From Xylographa opegraphella (taxonomy: Eukaryota), in contig JALDZX010000006.1 of NCBI GenBank assembly GCA_022813865.1, positions 496,001 through 560,000 of the forward strand: a DNA stretch of 64,000 bases, in the 5' to 3' direction. Made by a program: the position numbers and the translations under genes. Shown here piece after piece: positions 37,482-49,745 of this stretch. Under the pieces are notes generated by a model, which was given only the letters and a program-made list of their open reading frames with translations, did not search any database and was not told the DNA's origin. Position 1 is the first letter of the stretch. Each line of letters opens with the position of its first letter.

Positions 37482-38997
37482 TATTGATATTCTCAGTTGC
37501 GATAATCTAATTGCTATTGCTTGTTGATGACATATGACAATCGGGACGATCTGGTAACGAAAAGGCAATCTTTAATTATAATGTTCCTTTCTTTATCAGG
37601 TGTCAGAAGAAGCTCTTGTTCCTTTTTGGGGTCTCATCAAGACCTTCCGAGGAAATATATTTTGCGGCTAGGAGGTTTATTGCAGACTATTATTAGCTTC
37701 TGCATCATGGTGCCAACAGCAGTATATTTGTTTTCAGGTTGCTATCTCGGGATGTGCCTCCCGTTCAATCCTGAGGACCATGTCGAAGGCGCGGGTCAAT
37801 GCCCATCGGTATGGGGCCGTCGGACCTTGTCATGGTGGATAGCTAGCCACATAATTGATCACAATGGCATGTCTACGGGCTCTCTAGTCTTTCAATGCCA
37901 TCGCTTAAGCAATTGCTGTCGGTCCGACTACTTATCTGATAACGGGGATAAGTTATGCGTTCAGGCTTTGTCAATCGCAGAAGAACATGCAAATACAGTC
38001 TTGGAACATTCTGTAATTTGCAGCTCCAGTCATATCGGTCGATTAATTCTGTTCGAAGAGTTTGAAGTAATGGTCTTGATTCTGTCATTCTTCCAACAGA
38101 ACAACTTCTTCGCCTATTTTCGAGATGGCCACCACTTATGAATCAAAGTTGGAGCTTCAAATGGATACTATTGAACTTCGAATGAGGCTTTTCCGTTCCT
38201 GGATAACTCTTCTACCTCCTCGAGAGGCTTCTATAAGATCCTCAGTTCATTCATCCTAGGGCGGGTAGTTTGGTAGTAACATCGATAATCTGGCTTCTGG
38301 ACGGAGTCGGGGTATAGATGGAATGAAATAATCAGCGCGAGAAATTGTCCACAACTCATACGGTGTAATATCATCTACATGAACCTATTTACTGGTACCA
38401 CTTACATGAATGGTCTACTGGACCAGTCAAACCAATAGTAACCCTACCCGGCCTTCTTTTACAGCAATCGCACATAGTGCCATGTTTGGTTATACTGAAA
38501 AGGCGATGCCACCCTCTTTTTCATCGCTACTTGCGTCTACTACGAGCTCTGGATGTCTGTTACCAATATTCTGATACTTGTTATCTTCTTTATGCCCTGG
38601 CCTCTCTTTTCGCGTGCAGCTATTCTTTAGCTTTTCCGTCGGCGTTGAGTTGATTACGAATTATGTCGGTTCCACTTCAATTGTGGAACACTCCCCATCT
38701 GGGTCGCTCGATCCATGTTGAAGCATATTCGCGAGATTTACAAGGAAAACATACTGAGTTAAGGTAAAATTACTTGACGATTAATCGAGAGCCATCGCGA
38801 CAAACGCTCTGAAGTCTCCGATGTCTCCGATGTCTTTGGTGTGTTATACTCACATCGTTTCACCAACCCGTCCCGAATGCTTATTCATCGCTTGATGTAG
38901 GGGGAAGGTTTTCATTTGAAAACTTTCAGTGCTTGAAAGTGACTTAACGACATCCGGCAAATGCAATATATTTTCTGTCAGAAACCTTAGTCTCTTA

Positions 38998-40860
38998 TTA
39001 TGCACGACAATCGGCGAGTCTTGCAATAACGCTGGCCCAGGGACTCGTGATTGACTCCACGTCTTCATCACTTGTGGAAATGTTCTCATCTCCGAGATTT
39101 AACTGCATAATTTCTTCTTCTTTGAAATCCTGCTCTTCAATCGCTCCAGTATCAGCTGAGTCTGGTGCCTGGCCGATCTCTTTGGCTGCGATGCTCGATT
39201 CGTCCCCTACGAGTAGCTCGGAAACTATGTCTTGGTAGACAGTGCCGACTTTGTGGCCGAGAGCTGGCACGTAGACATCTAACAGCTTTTGCAGGAACGC
39301 TTCAGGGGTGTACTTCTTCTTCCAGAGCTGGACGATTTGTTCCCACAACCCGATCTTGAGTAAGATAACGCCGAGAGAGAAAAGATCATGACGTTGTTGA
39401 TAACGGACATGCTTCATCCTGTTTGAGCGGTCATAACGAGCCATGTTCGACCGCTGAATTGCTGGATGACGGTATAAATCGTGATCCGAAGAGTCGAGAA
39501 GCTGTGAGTATTCCAACGTGCTCTCTGTTGGGTCTGAAGGTCGGGAGTAAGTGAAGCCGGTGATGTAGGGATGATTGAGGATCAGGCTATGTGAAGATGG
39601 GCTCTGGTTTCCTTTCTGGCGGTGAAAGAAGAGCACGTTTGATGATCTGAGAGCTGCATGTACCCAGCCACAGTCGTGCAGACGTACGACGGACCTCGCG
39701 ATACTTTCCGCCATTCGAAAACGTTCATTCAACGGAGGCAATATACCAGGAGAAGCGCGAGATAGAAGATCTTGCAAGGTGAGTGGAAGTATCGGCTGGG
39801 CAGCTGATGGTAGTGCAAAAAGAAAGCCATAACGATGACGTTCGGAGTCCTCAAAGTATCCAAGACAATCCAGAACGTGGAAATCGAATGGCTTGCCGCA
39901 TTCGGGGCCCAATAGTCGTGCGAGACTTTCAACCCGATCTGCTATCAAGCGTAGATGTGGGTTCGTGGGTTGAAAGTCTTTCCACTCCAGCATAACTGGA
40001 ACGGAGCTCGCCACTGCATCAGGGGTTTCATCTCTATAGGCGGCGAGAGTGCGGATCGATGAGGGCGAGGTCTTCAGGTATTCGCTCACTTGGGATGCAG
40101 GTTTAAGCATCGAATATTTTCGAAGTTGAGCAACAACAATTCCAGCAGGTGCAAAGACTTGCTGATTCTGTTCAAGCCGCAAGATCTTGTTTTCCACACC
40201 GAGGAGCAATTGATGATTAGAATTGGCAATTCGCGAAACCTTTAAGGCGCCCGATTCTTCCTGCTCTAGGCATACATTCTTGATATGTTGTACAGACGTG
40301 ATCCTGTCTGATACTCTCAGAGCTTGAGATTGTGAATCTAGGTCAACAGCACTGTACTCGCTGAGACGCAGGAGACTGTAAAGCCCATCGTTGAAGTCCT
40401 TCAGATCAGCCAGCAATGCTTTAAACTTCGCCTTATCGTTGAAGGCCCACTGGAATTTGGCTGTGACGCTATGCTTATGCTTAGGCTTGCTGTGCTGTTG
40501 AGTGGTTACGACATTAGTCGAGTTGGCCAAAGCCTGAATTATCTCAGGACGGACGACTCCATACTTGCTCGAGAGACGATCAGAGTCTGTCAGCAAGTCC
40601 TTCATCTGCTGTAGAATGCCACACACATCTCCGTGCAAGCCAGCCTCGATCAGAAACTCATCGAAGCCGCCAGCGCCCCGAGCCCAGTACCGTCCCCATG
40701 ACACGAGTCTGATTTTCTCGATGCGAAGCTTCCAGTAAAGCAGAGGAGCATCTGTCTTCAGGCCTTGTGCGTCTTGAATGAAGTTGTACACTTGGATGAC
40801 GGTGGTGATAAGCTGAGCCGCCGTTGCTACGACCCCAATAACTGTGAACGGGTCCGCCAT
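38998..40860 (-). CDS. HeLo (prion-inhibition and propagation) domain + pseudokinase protein, MLKL-like architecture, 620 aa, intronless
   Basis: N-terminal HeLo hallmarks: hydrophobic first helix MADPFTVIGVVATAAQL, KLRIEKIRLVSWG, KFQWAFNDKAKFKALLADLKDFNDGLYSLL. C-terminal kinase-like fold: VMLEWK, CLGYFED, ERFRMA..LHDCGWVHAALRSSNVLFF, PYITGFTYSR, LYRHP, HDLFSLGVILL. HRD and DFG aspartates are absent. Confidence 0.88.
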   Translation of the reverse strand: MADPFTVIGVVATAAQLITTVIQVYNFIQDAQGLKTDAPLLYWKLRIEKIRLVSWGRYWARGAGGFDEFLIEAGLHGDVCGILQQMKDLLTDSDRLSSKYGVVRPEIIQALANSTNVVTTQQHSKPKHKHSVTAKFQWAFNDKAKFKALLADLKDFNDGLYSLLRLSEYSAVDLDSQSQALRVSDRITSVQHIKNVCLEQEESGALKVSRIANSNHQLLLGVENKILRLEQNQQVFAPAGIVVAQLRKYSMLKPASQVSEYLKTSPSSIRTLAAYRDETPDAVASSVPVMLEWKDFQPTNPHLRLIADRVESLARLLGPECGKPFDFHVLDCLGYFEDSERHRYGFLFALPSAAQPILPLTLQDLLSRASPGILPPLNERFRMAESIARSVVRLHDCGWVHAALRSSNVLFFHRQKGNQSPSSHSLILNHPYITGFTYSRPSDPTESTLEYSQLLDSSDHDLYRHPAIQRSNMARYDRSNRMKHVRYQQRHDLFSLGVILLKIGLWEQIVQLWKKKYTPEAFLQKLLDVYVPALGHKVGTVYQDIVSELLVGDESSIAAKEIGQAPDSADTGAIEEQDFKEEEIMQLNLGDENISTSDEDVESITSPWASVIARLADCRA

Positions 40861-41215
40861 GCTTAGTGGTAAAATGCAGATGACAATAGGGGCTCTGAGG
40901 CAAGACTCGGGTTGTTATTTGGGCAACCCTTTCCAGGGTCAACACCTAAAAACTTTCCGATAACGAGGAACAAGATAATGTCTGTCGACAGCCTAGAGAA
41001 ACACCTCACGTTGCTTTCTTTAACCTTCGATGCCCAGCCTTGGCGGATCATGCTGGCGTTTGCGCCACGATTTTGCGATGCTACAAAGCAGCCTTGGAAG
41101 CCCAGGACGCTCCACACTCCAACCTGCAGAAGCTCGGATTAGGAGAGTGAAGAAGAACAGCACATTTTACAGCATGTAAAATATCGATTTATCTTTCATT
41201 GATCTGCTTTGAACC
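40861..41215. promoter_or_regulatory. Putative bidirectional promoter shared by the HeLo-pseudokinase and kinase-ankyrin genes
   Basis: 355-bp gap between divergent ATGs at 40860 (-) and 41216 (+); inferred from position only. Confidence 0.5.
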
Positions 41216-44200
41216 ATGGATAATACTTCTATTCTGTCGGAGCGACCTATTGAGGGAGCCACGACAGAGTACGACGAAGCCACCCATGACACGATCTCGT
41301 TAAGCCCCGGCAAGCTCGACTTCCAGTACGAAGTCGCGTCTTCATTGCTACTTCTTATCCAGACTCTCCAGCGCAATAATCGCCTAAGAGTTCCCATTGA
41401 TAACAGACTGGAGTCAGTTCAACATCTTCACACGATTGGCGAGGGAGCTAGCTTTTCCGTGAGACAGGATTTTCGGAATGAGCCTGGGACTGGCAAAGTG
41501 GTCTTGAAGATATCTCGACAGGGCTACTCTGTCGGTTCAAACAACGTCTTTCGGAAGCACGCGGTCCAAACACTGATGCGCGAGCTCTATGTCTTGGGGG
41601 ACCAGAATTTCGTTGACCATCCCAATATCGTCAAACTGCGCAAGTTTGGCTGGGGAGTGGCATCTATATTGCCATTTGAGATTGCTCCTATTATCTATAT
41701 TGAACGCGCTCCTCACGGCACTTTGGTTGATTTAGAGAACAGTGGTATCGACTTGAGCTTTGATGCAAAGGTTCTATTGTGTGATAATGTATGCGACGGT
41801 CTAGCGGCTTTACATGCAAGTGGAATAATACATGGCGATCTAAAGGCTGACAACATTCTGATATTCGGAGACCAAGAGACAGGATACTCCGCCAAAATAA
41901 GCGACTTCGGGTGTGCAGTCTTTAAGGATGATCATATGAATGAGACCGAGGATGCCACTATCCGACTGCCAGGTGTAAGCCCGCCCTGGCATGCTCCAGA
42001 ATCTACAGAGCCTGTTCAAGTCAAGTACTTGGAGGCCACCGATATCTTTCCTTTGGGGTTCCTGATATGGCGAATTCTCGTCTACCGCGATCCATTCTCC
42101 ATATTTGACCTTCCCCTAGGTCGTTCTGTGAGATTAAGTATGATTGAAGAGCTCTTAGCGGTCCCAACACTACCGATACTAGTCCCCAGTTTCATGAAAG
42201 AAGCAGGCGTGCGTTGCAGTCCTCAAGAGACTGTAAGCCTCTTTCGTCTCTTCCTATCAGCGCTGTCGTTTGATCCATCAGAGCGAGATCTGACCGTTGT
42301 AAAAACTCAACTACGTAATTGCGTGCGGAATTCCATGTTGCAACGGGAATCATCAGAGACTCCAGAGATCGAGGATATCAACAAGTCGGAGGACTTTAGC
42401 GAGCCGAAGGTTGAGCAAATCGCAGAGAGAAAAGTGAGAACGAATTCGAGGTCGGGAGTCGACGCGGTTATCGACTCAGAAAATACTGACGTTAGTACCG
42501 GCTTTACAACTAATGACCCACAGACTCAAGATCCAATTTGTGGACCACCTCAGCATCTCGAAAGAGTAAGTACACGCTTCTATGACTTCGTACTTCTGCC
42601 TCACAGCATTCTGTTAGGTCGATCTTGATATGGCTGCCATTCTACGCCTCCCCCCGGATGTTCAGCGCCAGGTCTTTGCAGCATTGAAGACCATCCATGC
42701 GCAACGAGAGAGTGATGAACCAACTCTCGACCCACAAGGCCAGCTCGCATGCTCCTGTACGTGGCATGTCGCAGTATTTCAATTACGAGGTATCGGCTGT
42801 GCTACAGATGCGAAGCAAGCTTTGTGTACTTTGGGAGACGCTTCTCGTAGAGGCGATTGGAAAGCCATGGTCACGGCAAAGCGGTTATATGAAGCACTGG
42901 GCATCTATTGTCCAGGATTTCTAGATAGAGAATGCAATCCTGTCGATGAAAGATTCGTCGGCTATGAATGGGGTGCTCCACTAGGGCGGTCGCTGAAAGT
43001 TCCTCGGAGCGAGATTCTAAGCAAGCGACATGGTTTACCAAGTCCTGAGGAACTTGTGCAGCGCATGAGAGAGAACAAACCCTGTGAAAGTGAAAGTCAC
43101 CAGAGCTTGCCATCTACCGGAAAGAATATGATGGGAGAGATGGGCAATAACTTGATGCATGCAGCAGCTGCTTACGGCCGTCTAAACGATGTCAAGAACA
43201 TATATGAGCAACAGCTTGCTGCAATTAATGGACAGAATTTCTATGGCGAGACTCCGTTACTCTTGGCCTGTCGATATGGACATGTTGAAATAATCGACTT
43301 TCTTCTTGACTGCGATGCTGACGCTTCGTTGTCCACTCTCCTCGGAGAGAGTCCTCTTTATTGGCTCGATTCCATTGCTGACAACGAGGTCGACCGCATT
43401 GCCAGAAGACTATTCGCACATGGATCGCCACTCCAGTGTATCACTGGGGAGAGCGAAGCTGATCCGCCAGCCATTATTCACGACTTGTTCCTACTTACCG
43501 CTGGTCATGTCTATGGAAGTCCAATGCTTCGTGCTATCGGAAACCAGGATTTTATATCTTTTGAAGTGTTGCGTCAGATCATTATGAATCGGCTCAAGGG
43601 GTTGGATGAGCACGATACAATACTCACTATACTTTTACACACCTTACTTCAACCTTTGCAGCTCGCATCTGAGTTGCACTTGTACGAATTCGTGGAGTCT
43701 CTTTTGGCGAGGGCCGTCGACATAGTTCGGGGGGTTGAAAACATAGAGAAACGGCAATTCGGCTCAATTTGGTTGCCACTGATACGAAGCGATACTGTTA
43801 CGCTCAAAGCTCTCGATATGACTCATTATATCGAACGCCTATGTTTACATGGTCCAGCCTGGAAGGAGGCAATGACAAGAACAATCGATATATTGGTTTC
43901 GTATGGGCTGATAAGGCCGTTGCTAAATACACATGGCCGCTTGATGCCGCCTCTTCACTACTGCATTGAGGCTGGAAATGTTGCGCTGGATCATCTTTTG
44001 CAGAACTATAGCGCCGAAGAAGAATTGTCAAGCCTTGAGCGTTTCCCTCATACTCTGATCGACACAGCACTCGATCATGACAATCTCTATGCTCTCAAAG
44101 CTGCGATAAGGGCAGGCGCTACCGTAAATTATGAACGACAACTGCACCCCAAACACCGTCTTGCCTCTACCGAAGCGTCTTATCTTCATGTCTCTGCTCT

Positions 44201-46008
44201 TCTTCGTTCACCAGATTTCGCCCAGGTTCTGCTAGATGGAGGCATCCCTGCAGGCACTGTGGACAAGATGGGCCTGTCAGCACTGGACCTGGCAGTGTGC
44301 AAGGGATCATTTGCCGTTGCTGACCTGCTCATTAGTCATGGTGCCAATCCCAACTCTCTTGGGCCTTATGGCTATACAGTGCTGGGAAGACTTCTCGAGC
44401 CTGCGTTTCAAGTACAATGTGCTGATCACATTGCTTCTATTAAGCGAGTCATCCTAGACATGTATAATCGACTACTAACATGGTGCTAGATACCTGCTCG
44501 AAATTAAAGACCCGTCGGCTCGTCCTAACTTCATTGTCAGACCGGAAACTGGAGTGACTGCCCTCATTATTGCTTCGTCGAACATGTCTCCAGATCCTCG
44601 GATGCCGGAGCTATTTAGGCTTCTACTGCAACATTTTGGAAATCCTGACGAAGTCAACTGTCGGGCTACGACGGAATCCCGAAGCACTCCTTTGCAGGCT
44701 GCTATTACTGGACATAACGTTCCTGCCGTTAAGGCACTATTGAAAGCCGGCGCAGATGTGTCTATCATAGATTCTCGAGACCAGACCACGTTGGACCTTG
44801 CTATAGCACAGCTACAAAGTTTAATTTACACGAATTCAGACTTGTCGCGCAGAGACATTGAGACGGACGTAGCACGTGCCCTGGAGATCATATCCCTCAT
44901 TTCAGAAGCAGGTTCATGGCCCAAGCAGTTCGATTGGGGCGTCCAGATAACTGCAATGCTACAAGTTGCAACACCACTCATGGAAGTCATGATGGAACTA
45001 CCTCACTGGAAGAACATGAGCCTGGGACTCGAACAATCCTTGGCCAGCATAATTGCACAGTACAATCTTCATATACCTACGCAGGACATTCGCGAGAACG
45101 TGGAGTACCGACGGCAGCTTCACAGTGCCATACAGCCACTCTTTTATGCCGAGCTCGCATTTCGGATGACGCCTTCCAAAAGGCAAGTTCTGAACAGAGC
45201 CGGTAGTAAGGCAGGCAGTTCATACCATTTCATCAAATCAAAACTCAAGATCCTCAGCAACCTAACTCTAGAAAGGTTGGTTGAGCTTCAACAAGCGGCC
45301 CTGTTTGAGTACTGTCTGGACCAGATGCGAGACCTGGGATTGGCCGGTGAAAGCTGTCCAGATGGCTGGCTAGCGTTCAAAGAATACGCCGAAACCGGCA
45401 ACCGCGAAAAGCTACCCATTGACGCCCGCTTCATCGTCTACCCCGAGACCCTGCTCGAATGGTGGCAATGGGCCCGCAGTCAAGATCTCTTGAATATTGA
45501 AGAGCCAGCGGATGAAGTCATGGCAGACTCCTTCATCGAAATCCTCCAACGCCGCGCCACAGCACAAGCGGAGGGAGAAACGCGTCTCCCTGCTCTCGAT
45601 ACGGTCTTTCGAGATTTCCATTTCAACAAAATCCACAACTACGACAAGCAGTTGAATTTGACTGACATTCAGTCGGGAATTCTGACTGTGTGGGCTTGTC
45701 GCTGCATGCAGAGCAAGCATATGATTGGGGATCTTGCCATTGAGGTCATAAGTTATATGGATGAATGCATTCAAGCTGAGGAGAGCTTCGTCTTCCACGG
45801 CGACGTGAATCTTGTGCAGTACTTCAAAAAGAAACTTCATGAAAATATCGCAAGGGGTTCAGCGGGCGAAGGCCAAGTATCGTCTAATATCGCAGAAGAC
45901 GACTCCGATGCAGGCCCAGAGGAAGCCCAGGGTACGGCGCAAAGCTTCACAGAATCTGCTCAGCTGCCGATCAGAATGAAAGAGAACGCAAGCGAAAATG
46001 TATCGTGA
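41216..46008 (+). CDS. Protein kinase + SEL1-like repeat + ankyrin repeats + unknown helical C-terminal region (about 1564 aa, three exons)
   Basis: Full kinase motif set: IGEGASFSV, VVLK, RELYVL, HPNIVKL, HGDLKADN, KISDFG, WHAPE, TDIFPLG. SEL1-like QLRGIGCATDAKQAL. ANK repeats GETPLLLACRYGH, GLSALDLAVCKG, STPLQAAITGHN. Exons 41216-42565, 42618-44443 and 44490-46008 keep frame. Confidence 0.88.
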
Positions 46009-47568
46009 AAACACATGGCGCGTCTTGAGAAAGCCACACAAGCTTTTCGAGACTCAACTGCTTCGCAGCATTTATATGCATGAGTAGCGACTATAACTCT
46101 TCAATACGCTCAATTGGGCTTTCGAGGTTCTTAGAACCAGCCAGTATCGAAATCCAACCCAATGTCAAATGGCACCTTCGCAACTCCGCCGATCAATTTC
46201 CTATTCGTTTAGGTCGCGAGTTCCACGTATTCTGGCGCGGTTGATCAACGATCTTGTCGTATTAAATGACTTAATACCATTTACTGCTTCATCAACCTCT
46301 ATACTACTCGGAAAGCCAACCTAGGAGATTCCAGTTCAGACTCCACTTCCATATCAAATGTATGAACACGATTACCCAGGTTTTTTTATTCCGATCATTA
46401 ACCCTTAGGAATTATCCTAGTGGAAACTGGATATTTGCTGGGCGAATCAGTATATGTTGGAATGTCAGGTCCTCCAAGCCCAAGGCGACCACCGACAGAT
46501 CTCTTCGTTTAGGTAAGCCGGGCCTTTGATCACAGATGATAGGCTGAACACCCTAAGCAAGTTATTCAACATCGTGAACTATCCATATGGTTACACTGTC
46601 ATGTAAGGACGACAGAACTGTGAGGTGATACAGCGATTCTGTTGTCAAATACGTATCGGCACAACTTCAAGCTATGGAAGCACCGTAATAAAAATACGAT
46701 GATCGAGCGGAGATTTTAAGATGATAGCGGTACAATACATACAGACAAAGGAAATGGCAGTACGGGCATGAAGTTGTGGTAGTAATAGTGTAAAGCCATG
46801 CAGTATAATGAGAATGGACGATCCATATTCCACTCGTACGGAAAGCAGGCCAAGACTCTGAGACATAAGTTGTACGCATGGCATTTATACAAGAGGGGAA
46901 GTAGAAAAGCAGAGAACACATAGAATTATTCACCACCAGATGCACTGATTCACCCTTGACAATCTCGAAATTTGAATGCACTGTGCAACTTCTCAAGAAG
47001 GATTGGGAATAGTAACATAGAAGAGTGCCGAGTGAATACCAGGCTGACCTGGTTTTCAGCGTTGAGTTTACTTAATATACCGGAGACTACTTCGTACCAG
47101 TGTGTATTCACAAAGCAGCACCTTCAGATGTTGGTCCAGCAAGGCACGCCGGAACATTATAGAGTATGTTCTTCTAATCCTCAAGGGTTCGGTGGCTTCA
47201 CTACGATAATCCAGTTATCATTGCGCCATATCCAATCTTTCGAGACCCATATCGCAAGCACACGTAATTCACAGCTCGGATACGGCATCAGGTCACAACG
47301 TGATTGATTAAGCATGTGTGTAGTGCATCCCGGCCTCGAGCATCCGGAGGTGCCTTGCGCCAAGGCACTTGGTGCTGCCGAGCATGCGAATTCAACGTCA
47401 TGCAGCACGACAGCCGCAAGCCGCAGCTCAGTATAGCCTTCACATCGCCCCTGTGGAGCTTCGTAATCTTTTACCGTAATTTCTGCTTTGTCTTTTCTTT
47501 TTCTTCTGTCAATAATCAACTATCCAATTGCCTCCCATTTTGTACATTACAGAAATACAGTCGCGATC

Positions 47569-49745
47569 ATGAAGCTGGACTTTCATGTGGCCGCTACTGT
47601 GGTCTTCAGTGTCGCGTGCCAAGGTGAGAGATGTCTTCAGAAATGGATCTCACCAAATACTGTGCTAGCTAACACTTCTCTGTAGCCTCGCTGATCTTAC
47701 CTCGACAAGCTTCGAGTGCAGGAGATGCCGGCGCCATTCTTGGCGCCCTCGAAGCCAGAGCTCTTCCCAATGCCCCCAACGGCTACACACCTCAGGGGGG
47801 TAATTGCCCTTCAACGAGACCTGAACTACGGAGCGCCGATGGGCTCTCACCACAAGAGACATCATGGCTTGAAACCAGGCGCAGTGTCACACTTCCGGCT
47901 ATGAAGCAATTGCTCAACAGGCTCAACATTTCAGGCTTCGATGCAAGTACCTACTTTAGTGATAACATGGGCAATACGTCCATGCTACCGAACATTGCGG
48001 TGGCAGTCTCCGGAGGTGGTTACAGGGCTTGTCTGAATGGAGCTGGTGCGATACAAGCCTTCGATTCCCGTGAGGACAATTCCACTGCTGCTGGACACTT
48101 GGGAGGCCTCCTCCAGTCTGCGACTTACCTCGCCGGGCTGTCTGGTGGAGGCTGGCTTGTGGGGAGCATATTCGTCAACAACTACACCACTATTTCTGGA
48201 CTGCTGTACAATAACAACGCCAGCTCTGTTTGGGAATTCCAAAATTCAATCTTTCAAGGTCCCGCAACGGGCGGTCTTCAGGTTCTGGACAGCACAGAAT
48301 ATTACGATACGATCTACAACGAAGTCCAAGGCAAGACGGTGCATTTTGACACTTCCATCACAGACTACTGGGGACGTGCTCTGTCGTTTCAGCTAGTGAA
48401 CGCAACCGACGGTGGTCCCGGTTACACGTGGTCATCCACTGCCTCGCAAGATTTCTTCACAAGCGGACAGAGTCCCATGCCGATCCTGGTAACCGATGGC
48501 CGTGCTCCGGGGGAGCTTCTTATTTCGGGCAACACGACCGTCTACGAATTTAATCCTTGGGAATTTGGCACCTTCGACCCCACGACCTACGGCTTCGTTC
48601 CGCTTGAATTCCTTGGCTCCAACTTCTCCGGCGGTGTACTGCCCCCTAACGACCAATGTGTCCGCGGGTTCGACAATGGTACGTACTGCAGGAACTTTTC
48701 TTTTTGCAAAAGATAGATATCGAGTCCGAAACATGTTCGAGTAACCCGACTCATCATGCAGGCTCGAGACTATACACTGCTAGCTTTCGACCATGTTGAG
48801 TAATGCTAACTGCTTAATCTCGCAGTCGGCTACATCATGGGCACGTCCTCCTCCCTCTTCAACAGCTTCCTCCTCGAGATCAACAGCACGAGCATCCCCT
48901 CCGCCTTCAAAACCGTACTCACCCACCTCCTCACCAGCATCGGCGAGAACAACGACGACATCGCCGCCTACACGCCCAACCCCTTCCTCGGCTTCCACAA
49001 CACCACCTCGCTCGTCGCCCAATCCCCATCCCTCACCCTCGTCGACGGCGGCGAAGACTTACAGAACATCCCCCTCCACCCACTCATCCAACCCGCTCGC
49101 GCCGTCGACGTCATCTTCGCCATCGACTCCTCCGCCGACACGACCTACAACTGGCCCAACGGCACCGCCCTCGTGGCCACGTACGAGCGCGCCCTCAACG
49201 CCTCCGGCATCGCCAACGGCACCGCCTTCCCCTCCATCCCGGACCAGAACTCCTTCGTCAACCTCGGCCTCAACGCCCGCCCCACCTTCTTCGGCTGCAA
49301 CGCCTCCAACTTCACCTCCGGCGGCCCGCCTCCCCCCCTCGTCGTCTACGTCCCCAACGCGCCCTACGTCTACTACTCCAACGTATCCACCTTCGACCCC
49401 AGCTACAACGCCAGCGAGCGCGACGCCATCGTCGCCAACGGCGCTGCAGTCGCTTCTCGCGCTAATGCTACCACCGACCCCGCCTGGCCCGCTTGCGTCG
49501 CTTGCGCCGTCCTCGCGCGCAGCTGGGAGCGCACAAGCTTCCCTGTGCCGAGCGCGTGTGCCGACTGCTTCCGCACGTATTGCTGGGATGGCGAGCTGAA
49601 TATTACGCGGCCGGCGGAGTACGAACCTACGCTGAGGCTTGAGGCTGTGGATGTGCAGAGTGCGGCAGGGAGGGGGAGGGGGCATGGGGTTTGGGCAGCT
49701 CTGGGCACGTTGGTGGTGGGGTGGGTGGGTTGGGGGGTGGTTTGA
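47569..49745 (+). CDS. PLB1: Lysophospholipase / phospholipase B, secreted and probably GPI-anchored
   Basis: Signal peptide; [18 protein letters not shown], nucleophile motif [39 protein letters not shown]; hydrophobic C-terminal tail; introns 47624-47685 and 48679-48825. Confidence 0.95.

Noticed and set aside
38998..46008. NLR plus amyloid-signalling interpretation of the HeLo pair
   Set aside because: No P-loop/NACHT/NB-ARC domain in the partner, and no recognisable HRAM, PP/RHIM-like or sigma motif at either protein's termini.
1..49745. Lipid-metabolism cluster (cutinase, FAT1, lipase, PLB)
   Set aside because: The genes are far apart and interspersed with unrelated housekeeping genes; no backbone enzyme or regulator.
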